Assembly (NCBI GenBank): GCA_963724765.1
Contig: CAVRVY010000004.1
Span: 448,001 to 512,000, forward strand
Length of the DNA stretch: 64,000 bases
DNA from: an uncultured delta proteobacterium
Lineage (GTDB): Bacteria > Desulfobacterota > Binatia > Binatales > Binataceae
Direction: 5' to 3'
Each line of letters starts with the position of its first letter. Positions within the stretch are counted from its first letter, which is position 1. The translations under genes and the position numbers were made by a program. Shown here one piece after another: positions 23,160 through 32,724 of this stretch. The notes beneath the pieces are model-generated. The model saw only the letters and a list, made by a program, of their open reading frames with translations. It was not told the origin of the DNA and searched no databases.

Positions 23160-23864
23160 TCATGAAACCTGCCGCGCGAGCGGCGGACGCGCCGCGCTCT
23201 GCCGCGCTGCGGACGCCTGCACGCGCACGAGCCTGCCGCGGCTAAGCGTGAGGACCGCGAACCCCAGATCCTCCAGCGCGCCCGCGGAATGCGCGCTCGC
23301 CAGCACGGCGCATCCACGGCCCATCGCTTCGCGCACCAGCGCCGCGGCGAGCGCGGCGCCGTCGGCGTCGAGCGCCGCGAACGGTTCGTCGAGCATCAAC
23401 ACGTCGGGCCGCGCGAGCATCGCACGCGCGAGCGCGAGCCGCTGCTCCATCCCGCGCGAAAACCCGCGCACCCGCGCGTCAGCGGCGGCGCCGAGCGCGA
23501 CCCGCTCCAGCCATTCGGTAGCCGCCGCGCGCGAGCCCTCGACCCCGTAGAGCGTCGCGTAGAATTCCAGGTTCTCGCGCGCGGTCAGGTTGGGATACAG
23601 CATGCTCTGATGGCTCAGCAGGCCGAAGCGGCGGCGCAGCACCGGCTTGAGCGAGCGCGCCGGTTCACCGAAAAGCAGCGCCTCCCCGAGGCTTGGCGCC
23701 GAGAGGCCGGCGAGCAGCCGGATGAGAGTCGACTTTCCCGCGCCGTTGACGCCGACAATGGCGGCGCCGCAACCTGCTTCGACGCTTAAGTTTACGTCGC
23801 GCAGAACTGGCGCATGACCGAAACTCTTGCCCAGCGCGCGCGCCTCGATAAGCGCCGCTGTCAT
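23160..23864 (-). CDS. ccmA: Heme exporter ATPase CcmA
   Basis: GVNGAGKST, LTARENL, FSRGM, LLDEPF-like Walker B. Confidence 0.9.
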   Translation of the reverse strand: MTAALIEARALGKSFGHAPVLRDVNLSVEAGCGAAIVGVNGAGKSTLIRLLAGLSAPSLGEALLFGEPARSLKPVLRRRFGLLSHQSMLYPNLTARENLEFYATLYGVEGSRAAATEWLERVALGAAADARVRGFSRGMEQRLALARAMLARPDVLMLDEPFAALDADGAALAAALVREAMGRGCAVLASAHSAGALEDLGFAVLTLSRGRLVRVQASAARQSAARPPLARQVS

Positions 23865-24382
23865 CGATCGGCCCGCGCCGCGGCGCGCGCCGATCCGGAA
23901 AGCGGCGCGCCGCATTCGCTGCAGAAGTTTCCCGCCGCGACCTCGACACCGCATTGCGGGCAGAAGCGGATACGCACGGCGGCGGGCGAAGCCGCAGGCG
24001 CCGCCGCCGACGCGGCTGCGGGTTTGACCAGCCGCGGACGCGTCGCGGCCGCCTCCGGCGCAGACGCGACGGCAGTCCCGCCGGCGGAGGCCGGCACGGC
24101 TGAGGTCGCGCGCAGGCGCTCGAGCGCGGCGCTCGCGCCGAGCGCGCGCGCCATCAGGCCCTCGCGCAGCGCCGCGTAGTCGGCCTCGGAGAGCTTGCCC
24201 ATCTCGCGATCGAACTCCAGCTCGCGCAGCCCCTGCATCGCGAGCGCCCGCTCATGTTCGAGCCGCTCGGCCTCGGCCGCAACGCGGCCGGCGCGCCGGG
24301 TCGCCAGCAAGCCGCCGCCCAACGGCGCCGCGACGAACAGCGCCACGCTCGCGACGATCAGCACCGCGGCCAGATAGAGCAC
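23861..24382 (-). CDS. CcmI/CycH N-terminal-like protein with C-terminal zinc ribbon
   Basis: GTG 24382; TM, LRELEFDREMGKLSEADY motif, Ala-rich linker, FCPQCG...FCSECG. Confidence 0.7.
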   Translation of the reverse strand: MLYLAAVLIVASVALFVAAPLGGGLLATRRAGRVAAEAERLEHERALAMQGLRELEFDREMGKLSEADYAALREGLMARALGASAALERLRATSAVPASAGGTAVASAPEAAATRPRLVKPAAASAAAPAASPAAVRIRFCPQCGVEVAAGNFCSECGAPLSGSARAAARADR

Positions 24383-24384
24383 GG

Positions 24385-24990
24385 TCAGAGACGCTCCCGC
24401 AGTTCGCGTTCGAGCTGCTCGCGGAGAGCCGAATCGGACTTGTCGGATTTGTCTGATTTGCCGGAATTGTCGGAGCTGCCCGAGCCTGAATCGTTCGGCG
24501 ATTGCGGGGTCGAGGATGGTCCGCCGCGCCAGCGTCCCATCATCAGGACGACCAGGCCGCCGCCAACTATCAGCGCCACGAAGGGCATCGTCCAGGCGAG
24601 CAGGTTGAAGCCCTGCGTGGTCGGCGCGGAAAGAATCTTCTCGCCATACTGCTTGCGGAAGTAGGCGATTATCTCGGCGCGGCCCATCCCGTGCGCGAGC
24701 ATCGTGTCGATATGCTCGCGCATCGGCACCGAGAAGCTGCAATTGGGATGATTGCAGTTGGCGACCGTCAGGCCGCATCCGCACTGGCAGGTCAGCCCCT
24801 CGGCGATTTCACGCCCGCCGGCAGCGGCCGCTCGCGCCGGGCGTATAGGCGCCACCACCAGCGTCACGGCCAGCACGGCCGTCAGCGCCAACGCGGCAAC
24901 CGCCGTGACCAGCGCCACGTCGGCGAATCTCTTTGCGGCGTTCACCGGCTCAATCGCCTCCGGGCACGGGTTCGGCGCCAAGCGCCTCAT
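24385..24990 (-). CDS. ccmH: CcmH/CcmL-like cytochrome c biogenesis protein
   Basis: Signal/TM, LTCQCGC, YGEKILSAP, LAWTMP TM; start uncertain. Confidence 0.8.
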   Translation of the reverse strand: MRRLAPNPCPEAIEPVNAAKRFADVALVTAVAALALTAVLAVTLVVAPIRPARAAAAGGREIAEGLTCQCGCGLTVANCNHPNCSFSVPMREHIDTMLAHGMGRAEIIAYFRKQYGEKILSAPTTQGFNLLAWTMPFVALIVGGGLVVLMMGRWRGGPSSTPQSPNDSGSGSSDNSGKSDKSDKSDSALREQLERELRERL

Positions 24991-26959
24991 CGCGGCCGAG
25001 CGCCGCAGCCATCGCGGCGCGCTCGCGCACGTTGGGCCACATCACGACCACCGTGCCGATCGCCATCATCAGGCCGCCCGCCCACAGCCAGAAAACCAGC
25101 GGTGTGAGAAAAACCTCGAAAGTGGCAAGCCCGCTCTGATCGTCGACCCCGGCCAGCACGACATAGAGGTCCGCGAGCGGCGTCGAGCGAATCGCGACGC
25201 GCGTGGCGGGCTGTTGCGGGCGTTTGTAGAAGAGCTTGGCCGGCTCCATCGTGGCGATCTCACGTCCGCCGCTGCGCACGTCGAGGCGCGCGCGCAAGTC
25301 TTCGAGATGCGCGTTCTCGACGCCGTTCAGTCCGAGGTAGGTTAACTCATACGCGCCAATACTGAAGCTCTGTCCGGTGCGCACGCTGCGTTTGACCTCG
25401 GTCCTGAAGAACGACGAGGCGACGATTCCAACGAAGGCGAAAACCACTCCCAGGTGGATGATATAGCCGCCGTAACGGCGGTTGTTCTTGGCCACAAGAT
25501 TGACCAGTGCGCGCGCCGGAGTTTCATGCACCAGATGGCGCCGCGCGCTTACGCCGCGGCGGAACTCGACCAATACGGTGCCGAGCGCGAACGCCGCCAG
25601 CGAAAGCGCGGTCAGCACGTACCATTGCCGCAGGCCCATCGCGAATACGACCACCCCGGCGCCCACGCCCATCGTGATCGGCGCGAGGAACGTGCGCAAT
25701 AGCGTCTGCGGCGAGGTGCGCCGCCAGGCAATCAGCGGCCCCACGCCCATCAGGAAAACTAGGCCGAGCGCGAGCGGACCGTTGACCTTGTCGAAGAAGG
25801 GCGGCCCGACGGTTATCTTGACCCCGCGCACCGCTTCCGAGATCACCGGGAAAACCGTGCCCCAGAAGACCGCGAATGCGATTCCGACCAGCATCAGGTT
25901 GTTGAACAGAAACGCGGCCTCGCGCGAGAGATAGGACTCGAACTCGGCCGGGCTTTTCAAATCCTTGACGCGGCTCACCAAGAGCGCCGTGTAGCCGGCG
26001 ACGACCACGATCAGGAAGGTCAGGAAGTATGGCCCGAGGCCGGATTGGGTGAACGAATGGACCGAGGAAATCACCCCGCTGCGGGTCAGAAAAGTGCCGA
26101 ACAGCGTGAGCATGAAGGCCATCCCGATGAGCGCCAGGTTCCATACCTTCAGCATGTCCTTGCGCTCCTGGATCATCACCGAGTGCAGGTAGGCCGTCAT
26201 CACCAGCCATGGCATGAAGGCTGCGTTCTCGACCGGGTCCCACGCCCAGTAACCGCCCCAGCCCAGGACCTCGTAGGCCCAGCGCGCGCCGAACAGATTG
26301 CCGAGCGTTAGAAAGAACCACGAGAAAATCGCCCAGCGCCGCGTGGTGCGAATCCATCCGTCGTCGAGCTTGCGCGTGATGAGCGCGCCGCAAGCGAACG
26401 CGAACGGTACCGCGGCGCTGACGTAGCCCGTGTATAGCGACGGCGGATGGATCGCCATCCAGTAGTTTTGCAACAGCGGATTTAGGTCGGAGCCATCAGG
26501 CGGCACGGTCGCCAGCAGGTCGAACGGGCGCGTGACGAAATTCAGCATCCCGAGAAAGAAAATCGCAACTCCGGCCAGCACGATAAGGGCCCACGGAGTG
26601 ATCTCGGGATTGCGCCGGCGGTTCTGGAAGATCGCGACCGAGGTGAAAATCGAGAGCAGCCAGGTCCAGAACAGCAGCGAGCCCTGCTGCCCGCCCCACA
26701 GCGCCGCGAACTTGTACTGAATCGGAAGTGTAACGCTGGAGTACGAGGCTACGTACTCTAGCGAGAAATCGCTGGTGAGAAGGCATGTCCACAGCACGGC
26801 GACCGCGACCGTCACCATCGCGCACATCGCCCACAACGCATGGCGGGCACTGAGCAGCAGGTCGGGCGAGTTGCGGCGGATGCCAAGCAGATTAGCGCCG
26901 ATCGAATAGACCGCGACCATCAGGGCGAGGGCGAGAGCGAGCTGACCTATGAGCGGCAT
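24950..26959 (-). CDS. ccmF: Heme lyase CcmF
   Basis: WGGQQGSLLFW, LNPLLQ, IHPP, WAYEVLGWGGYWAWDPVEN, TRSG.SVHSF, YGGYIIHLG. Confidence 0.96.
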   Translation of the reverse strand: MPLIGQLALALALMVAVYSIGANLLGIRRNSPDLLLSARHALWAMCAMVTVAVAVLWTCLLTSDFSLEYVASYSSVTLPIQYKFAALWGGQQGSLLFWTWLLSIFTSVAIFQNRRRNPEITPWALIVLAGVAIFFLGMLNFVTRPFDLLATVPPDGSDLNPLLQNYWMAIHPPSLYTGYVSAAVPFAFACGALITRKLDDGWIRTTRRWAIFSWFFLTLGNLFGARWAYEVLGWGGYWAWDPVENAAFMPWLVMTAYLHSVMIQERKDMLKVWNLALIGMAFMLTLFGTFLTRSGVISSVHSFTQSGLGPYFLTFLIVVVAGYTALLVSRVKDLKSPAEFESYLSREAAFLFNNLMLVGIAFAVFWGTVFPVISEAVRGVKITVGPPFFDKVNGPLALGLVFLMGVGPLIAWRRTSPQTLLRTFLAPITMGVGAGVVVFAMGLRQWYVLTALSLAAFALGTVLVEFRRGVSARRHLVHETPARALVNLVAKNNRRYGGYIIHLGVVFAFVGIVASSFFRTEVKRSVRTGQSFSIGAYELTYLGLNGVENAHLEDLRARLDVRSGGREIATMEPAKLFYKRPQQPATRVAIRSTPLADLYVVLAGVDDQSGLATFEVFLTPLVFWLWAGGLMMAIGTVVVMWPNVRERAAMAAALGRDEALGAEPVPGGD

Positions 26960-26966
26960 TTCACTT

Positions 26967-27410
26967 TCACCTGGCCTGCTTGGGAACGTACTTCGACGGA
27001 CACGAAGTAAGCACCTGGCGGGCCTCGATCGTGCCATCGGCGGCAAGCCGCCCCTCGACGATCACGTCGCGTCCGGCCGCGAACATATCGGGCTTGGGCT
27101 CGCCGCGCGCGACCACCCGGAATTCGGCCGACTCCGCGGCGGTCACCGGTTTGACGGGCGAGCCGTCAGGATTGGGCGGCGAGACCATCGCGAAGCCGAG
27201 GGTCAGCGTTGCGGGGTCCCAGCTGATCGTGCCGGCCTTGACTCGTCCGGCTACCCGCAGCATCTGGCCGCTCAGTTGGGCCTGGCGGGCGCCGACCTCG
27301 TTGACCGTGAGGTAATACTCGGACGTGTTACGGACGGCCGTGGTGATGAGGTAGCCGATGGCGAGCACGATGAGGCCCGCCCCGATCACAAAACGCAACT
27401 TCGAGGGCAT
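26967..27410 (-). CDS. ccmE: Heme chaperone CcmE, CxxxY variant
   Basis: N-terminal TM, YYLTV, PDMF..G..VIVEG, C-terminal CPSKY. Confidence 0.9.
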   Translation of the reverse strand: MPSKLRFVIGAGLIVLAIGYLITTAVRNTSEYYLTVNEVGARQAQLSGQMLRVAGRVKAGTISWDPATLTLGFAMVSPPNPDGSPVKPVTAAESAEFRVVARGEPKPDMFAAGRDVIVEGRLAADGTIEARQVLTSCPSKYVPKQAR

Positions 27411-27654
27411 CGAGTTCTCTTATCCGTCAACCTGAACTATTGCCGGGACTACCGCGCGACTATCGCCAACCCCGGGCTATCGCGCAAGGGTATCCGCTGG
27501 CCGCGCCGGCAACAGAGGCTACGCTCGACAGCCAGATTGTTCCAACGGACCGCCCAATTGTTGCCGAGCGCGGCCGTTTCAAGCAAGCCCGCCTCGCGCG
27601 AAACAGGGCGTCCGGGGCGGAAATTACAGAAATTTCAGCATTTAGGGGTCTCGG

Positions 27655-28575
27655 ATGACCCGGCGCGAATCCGCCGGCGAGCTAGAGGAGCGTAGAGCAA
27701 TGCCCCCCACTGAGTGCACCATACTCACACTTAACCTCTTCCACGATCTGCCGATGTACCGCCACCTGGAGCGCCGCTGCGAGCTCATCGCCAAAGCTCT
27801 CGCCGTGCGCCGCCCGCACGTGGCCGCGCTCCAGGAGGTGGTGCGGTCAACCGGCTCGGGCGACATCGGCGCCAGAATCCGCGACCGCCTCAACCGGCTC
27901 TGTGGCGGCGAGGTATACCGGCTCGACTATGTGGTGGCCGACGGCGCCGGCGACGGTGAGTTCTCTTTCGATGAAGGCGTCGCGCTGCTCAGCCGCCTCG
28001 AGACCGACGGCCCGGCAGAGTCGTTCAAGTATCGCGCGCAGATCGAGATGACAACCGAAGTCGCCGGGCATCGCTACCGCTTGCCGGACAACCGGGTCGC
28101 GGTTCGCCGGCGGTTTCGGCTGAAGGGCGGCGCCAAACTCGACTTTTATGTCTCGCATCTGACGGACCGGCCGGAATGCATCGATGGAGTCGCGGTGCGG
28201 ACGATGCAGGCGCGCGAGCTCGCCGGATGGGCGGCGGCGGGCAGTGGCGCCGAGACCGTGATATTGGCGGGCGACTTCAACGACCTTCCAGACTCGGAGA
28301 CTATCGCGGGCCTCAAACGCGCCGGCTTCATCGATCTGCACGAAGCCTTCGGCCGCGGCCCCGGCTATACGAACGATCGCAACGATATCGATCTGAACGC
28401 CGAAATTCCCACGCACAACCAGCGTATCGACTACCTGATGATGCGTCAGGCGAGCGGAGAGGCCGCCGAGGTGACGGAAGTGGGACTGTTCGCCGACCGG
28501 CCGCATCGCGAGGGCGACGGCACATGGCTGTGGCGGTCGGATCATATCGGGGTGGTCGCAACGCTCCGGCTGTAG
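27655..28575 (+). CDS. Endonuclease/exonuclease/phosphatase family protein
   Basis: TLN, ALQEV, SHL, AGDFN, RIDY, SDH motifs; start may be ATG 27699. Confidence 0.87.
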   Translation: MTRRESAGELEERRAMPPTECTILTLNLFHDLPMYRHLERRCELIAKALAVRRPHVAALQEVVRSTGSGDIGARIRDRLNRLCGGEVYRLDYVVADGAGDGEFSFDEGVALLSRLETDGPAESFKYRAQIEMTTEVAGHRYRLPDNRVAVRRRFRLKGGAKLDFYVSHLTDRPECIDGVAVRTMQARELAGWAAAGSGAETVILAGDFNDLPDSETIAGLKRAGFIDLHEAFGRGPGYTNDRNDIDLNAEIPTHNQRIDYLMMRQASGEAAEVTEVGLFADRPHREGDGTWLWRSDHIGVVATLRL

Positions 28576-28603
28576 GCGCTGGATAGCACCGCGATGCTGA
28601 CGC

Positions 28604-29449
28604 CTATTGCGCTTCATCGTCCGACTCGCCCGCTTCGCCCGCGGCGCGCGGGCCGAAGGCGACCCCGCGGCGCGCAGTGCGGATGAACTCGACCATCTCG
28701 GCGACCTCGGGCGTCATCGGGCCCGCGGCCGCCAACTCTTCGATCGCAAGCTTGAGATTGCGCCGCTCGCCGAAAAGCGTCTTGAAGGCGTGGCGCAGCG
28801 CGGTGATCGAGCGCGCGTCGATACCGGCGCGCTTCAGCCCCACGGCGTTTATCCCGCGCAGCGTATGAGTCAGGTCGGCGATGCAAAACGGCGGGATATC
28901 GCGGCTGGTGCGGCTCATCCCGCGCATCATCGCGAGCCGCCCGATCCTGACGAACTGATGCACCACGCAGTTGCCCGAAACCAGCGCCCGGTCGCCGACC
29001 TCGACCCATCCCGCGAGCAACGCGCCGCCGCCGATGATCGCCGAGTTGCCGACCCGGCAGTCATGCGCGACGTGCGCGTTCTGCATCAGGAAGTTGTCGT
29101 CACCGATGATCGTGATATCACCGCGCTCGCTGCCGCGATGCACCGTCACGCCCTCGCGAAAGACGTTGCGCGCGCCGATCCGCACGCGGCGCGGACCGCC
29201 GCTATAGGCGAGGTCCTGCGGCTCGCCGCCGATGACCGCGTTGGGATGAAGCACGTTGGCCTCGCCCATCTCGACGTCGCCCAGGATGGTGACGTGGCCG
29301 ATAAGCCGCGTGCGCGCGCCGATCCGGATCGCGCCGTCGAGCAGACAAAACGGTCCGATCTCGACCCCCGGCGCAAGCTCGACCACGGGGCCGACCACGG
29401 CGCTTGGATGGACCCGGGGCGGCAGCGGCGCGTCGTGCTCAACGTTCAA
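28604..29449 (-). CDS. lpxA: UDP-GlcNAc O-acyltransferase LpxA-like
   Basis: Hexapeptide repeats, PQDL, HVAHDC, VHQF, DIPPF, GINAVGLKR. Confidence 0.85.
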   Translation of the reverse strand: MNVEHDAPLPPRVHPSAVVGPVVELAPGVEIGPFCLLDGAIRIGARTRLIGHVTILGDVEMGEANVLHPNAVIGGEPQDLAYSGGPRRVRIGARNVFREGVTVHRGSERGDITIIGDDNFLMQNAHVAHDCRVGNSAIIGGGALLAGWVEVGDRALVSGNCVVHQFVRIGRLAMMRGMSRTSRDIPPFCIADLTHTLRGINAVGLKRAGIDARSITALRHAFKTLFGERRNLKLAIEELAAAGPMTPEVAEMVEFIRTARRGVAFGPRAAGEAGESDDEAQ

Positions 29450-29631
29450 TGGAGGAGCTTCTTCTTGAGATCGTCAGGATGCTCGCGGTCCTCGACCGCG
29501 CCGCCGGCCACCCGATAGTCCTCGCCCGCCCACTTCCCGAGGTCAAGCATCTGGCATCGCTCGGAACAGAACGGCCGGAAGCGGTTGGCAGGCGCCATCT
29601 CAGCCGGCCTTTTGCAAATCGGACACCGCAT
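29446..29631 (-). CDS. yacG: DNA gyrase inhibitor YacG
   Basis: CPIC...PFCSERCQMLDLGKW..EDY. Confidence 0.9.
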   Translation of the reverse strand: MRCPICKRPAEMAPANRFRPFCSERCQMLDLGKWAGEDYRVAGGAVEDREHPDDLKKKLLH

Positions 29632-29673
29632 CGCGATCTACCCGAATCGAAAAATTGCCAGATAGGCGCGCGG

Positions 29674-29701
29674 CGCGCAAATCGTCACGCGCAAATCGTC
29701 A
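29674..29701. repeat. Perfect 14-bp tandem duplication containing a stop codon
   Basis: CGCGCAAATCGTCA x2; the second copy carries the TGA of 29699..30349. Confidence 0.85.
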
Positions 29702-30349
29702 GTAGATATCCGATTGACGGCAACGGTCGGTTCCGCCGACCGGCCTGAAACCCGCCGAACGATAGTCGAACACCACGCGCTCGGTGTAGCAGAAGGGCTC
29801 TGCGCTGACGCCTTTGTATTCGGCGCGCACATGGAGCATCAGTCTCTCCTTGCCGGTGACTACGGATTTGTAAGTGTCCACCGGGAAATAGACGTAGAAA
29901 AAATGCGGCACGCCGGGTGAAAGCACACCCGCTGAAACCGAGGACATTTCGTTGGGTCTATCGGCAATACGCTTGCCGTCGGCAAGCGCGACTACGGTGA
30001 TGATCGCGCCGCTGGCCGGAATTCTGCCGAAATTGCGATATTCAACGACGGCCCGCGGATTGGGCGTGTCGCCTTGCTCAAAGGTGACGCCCTCGAGGCC
30101 GACGAACGGCCGTTCCTCGAGGGCGAAGATGTGCGAGGTCACCTGCTCCGTGCGCCACGCTGCGTATGCGCTGAACGCGGTCGCGGCCACCATCAGCAGC
30201 GCCATGAAGTCGGCAAAGCGCAAAACCCTGGTCAGCCGTCTCATCAGCGACTTTTCGGCCGAGGTCAATTGCTCGGTCGCAGCAGGCGCTGGCGCATCGC
30301 CTCGCGGGTCGGACTGATGCTGTCGCGCCGGATGCTTGTGCTCGCTCAT
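29699..30349 (-). CDS. Hypothetical membrane-anchored protein
   Basis: ATG-started 216-aa ORF, one TM (FMALLMVAATAFSAYAAW), then ERPFV..N.G.IPA beta-rich domain. Confidence 0.7.
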   Translation of the reverse strand: MSEHKHPARQHQSDPRGDAPAPAATEQLTSAEKSLMRRLTRVLRFADFMALLMVAATAFSAYAAWRTEQVTSHIFALEERPFVGLEGVTFEQGDTPNPRAVVEYRNFGRIPASGAIITVVALADGKRIADRPNEMSSVSAGVLSPGVPHFFYVYFPVDTYKSVVTGKERLMLHVRAEYKGVSAEPFCYTERVVFDYRSAGFRPVGGTDRCRQSDIY

Positions 30350-30486
30350 TGGATCAGGAACCTCCGCCCCTACCCCGTTGCATCGCCCGCACCATAACGC
30401 TTTCTGTTCCCTGTGGGAACTTTCAAAACCCTTCCAACGTTGACTCTTCGGTTTGTCGACTCATAACTTCGGGAGGAGAGACAGTT

Positions 30487-31005
30487 ATGAAGAGTTTCAT
30501 CAGATACGGTCTGGCTGTGGCGATTGTGTTCGCGACAGCAATGCCCGCGATGGCCAGGACGATGGCCAAGAGCTGGGACGTATGTGTGGACCTGGCCCAG
30601 GCGAACCTCGCGACGGGCAGCAACGGCGACCTCTTCTCGGCCGCGGGGCCTGTATTCCCCGAGGGCACGCTTTCGGACACCGTAGCGACCACAGCCTGCC
30701 CGACCAGCGGCGCGGTCGGAACATTCTTCGCCACCGGTGGCTCAGTGTCGGGACAGCCCGGAACCAGCGCGAACGATGTCTTCATGGTGCAGTGGCATTT
30801 CAGGATCAACGGCCAGGGCGCCTTCGATACTATGGGCCCAGTTGAGAGCACGTCGCCCTATCCCCAGACAATCGTCGGCTCGAGCAACAGGCATTTCGTT
30901 CCGTCCAACGGCACAGCGCAGGTAACCACCCTGCCCTCGCCGGCAACGATCGACGCTTTCAGGATCACCACGCCCGAGCACGGCAACAATGGCAAACATC
31001 ACTGA
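30487..31005 (+). CDS. Secreted hypothetical protein (possible AOC/dirigent-like barrel)
   Basis: GGAGGAG RBS before ATG 30487; signal peptide MKSFIRYGLAVAIVFATAMPAMA. Confidence 0.72.
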   Translation: MKSFIRYGLAVAIVFATAMPAMARTMAKSWDVCVDLAQANLATGSNGDLFSAAGPVFPEGTLSDTVATTACPTSGAVGTFFATGGSVSGQPGTSANDVFMVQWHFRINGQGAFDTMGPVESTSPYPQTIVGSSNRHFVPSNGTAQVTTLPSPATIDAFRITTPEHGNNGKHH

Positions 31006-31292
31006 TAAAGCCTTTGGGTTGATGCGCTCGGTGTGCTGAACTTTACCGGATGACCCGGCATCACACCCGGCCTCACATCTTATGCGCTCCGTCCGTGGCC
31101 TCGCGGTCACCGGCGGAGCTTTCTTTCATGGAGGCGCGAGACTGAAATGATGCGTCTGACGATTGTCGGTCGGCATCAGGGCTCGCGGTCAGCATCCTTG
31201 CCCGCATCGTGGCGCGCCGCTTCGCGCTGGGCGTCACGCGCGTATAACTCAAGCTCTGAGCGGCATGCCGAAATTTGACAGCCCAATCGATA

Positions 31293-31333
31293 ATGCCGGG
31301 CGGTGAGCCCGAGGTGCCCACCGCCCGAGGCAT
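31293..31333 (-). terminator. Hairpin directly after the DUF1329 stop
   Basis: ATGCC-GGGCGGTG...CACCGCCC-GAGGCAT inverted repeat; no strong U-tract. Confidence 0.4.
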
Positions 31334-31335
31334 CG

Positions 31336-32724
31336 TTACCGGTGAATCTGCTCCAAACTGCTCACGTCGTAGAGCTTGGACACGTGCTGCGCCGTCACTG
31401 TAGGAAATCCGAGGCCGTAGATCGGATTTAGCGTGGCGCGATGGTTCTGCAGGTCCATCACGGCGATGGTCTGAAAGTCGGTGGCCCTGACGCCCTTGTT
31501 GATACGTTGCAGATTCGGATCCTTGAAGTCCTCGCTCCACACCTTGGTGAATTGAAAGATCTTCCAGAGCTTGCGGCCATGGTCGAAGGCTATCAGATAG
31601 GAAGTATCCCAGTTCTGGGCGTCCCAGAAATCGATCGCACTGCTGTAAGGATGACGCGGTATAGTTGGAGTACGTTCCACCACCGCAAAGCGTCGCACAT
31701 CCCAACGGTCGTTGGGGACGATGCCGTTGGGACCGTAGTAGTGGGCATAGTCATACTTGGAACTCATCACCGCCAACATTTGCTTCCAACCCAGGAACTT
31801 CCATTTCCATTCCAATATCCGTCCCGAGAACCCATAGAAATCTTCCAGCGTGTGATCGGTGCCGAGCAGCGAATCGGACTTGACCTCGACTGAGATCCGC
31901 CGCACGCGGCGCAACACTGGCAGATAGGCCCAGGCGTCGTCCTGCCGGCGCGGGTCTGCGTACCGGTAAACTATGAAGGCGGTGCCGCGAATATCGAACG
32001 GATCGAAGAAGCCGGTAAATTCCTTGAACTCGAATTCCTTGGCGTCAGGCACCGGGAGCAGCCCGCCGTTGTCGGCCATCGGGGCCAGGTGCGAAAAATA
32101 GACCCGCTGATAAGTCGACTGAAGGATGCGTTGAAAGGTGCCCCCGCCGCCGAACATCTGCGCGATCTGCTGCGTGTCGGGAAGTGCGCCCTGGAAGTTG
32201 GTTCCGGTGTCCCAGCTAATGTCCTTTTCGATATCGAACGGCGAGTGGCTGCCGCCAAAACGCACCCAGATCCACGGCAGCGTGTAGCAGGCCAGGCCGA
32301 AATTTTGCCAACGCCATTCGTAGTTCCAGGCCGCCTTAAATCCCGCCATCGGATCGGAGACACTCAAAGCATCGGAGAAGGGCTGGCCACAGACGTAGTT
32401 AAGCAAATCGCCGTCGGGTCCGAGGCGGACCTGACTTTGATATTTCTCCGTGCAACTCATGAAGTCCTGACGTGGGGTATGATCTTCGGGTTGCGCGATC
32501 TCCATCCGTAGCTCGGGAAAATTCAACTGCTCGAGGTAGCCGGGCGGCACGAATGGCCGGATGCGCTCGAGGTCCTTCTGGGTCAAAACATCGCCCGGCT
32601 TAAATGTGGGCTTGGCATCCAGGTACTTGTGCAGCCATACGTCGTAATCCGATCGCATCGGCAGCGTCTGTTGCGCTGTAGCGACGGATGCGCCCACGCC
32701 GACTATGATCGCGGCAAGGACTAG
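31336..32724 (-). pseudogene. DUF1329-family exported protein, 3' part; gene interrupted by IS630
   Basis: G.PF..D..AG.KAAWN, DDAWAYLPVLRRVRRIS, D..G.LWK motifs; joins in frame to 33873..33936 when the IS is removed. Confidence 0.85.

Noticed and set aside
24385-24784. N-terminal half of the 307-aa ORF 23861..24784
   Set aside because: Alternative frame of ccmH; the real gene begins at GTG 24382
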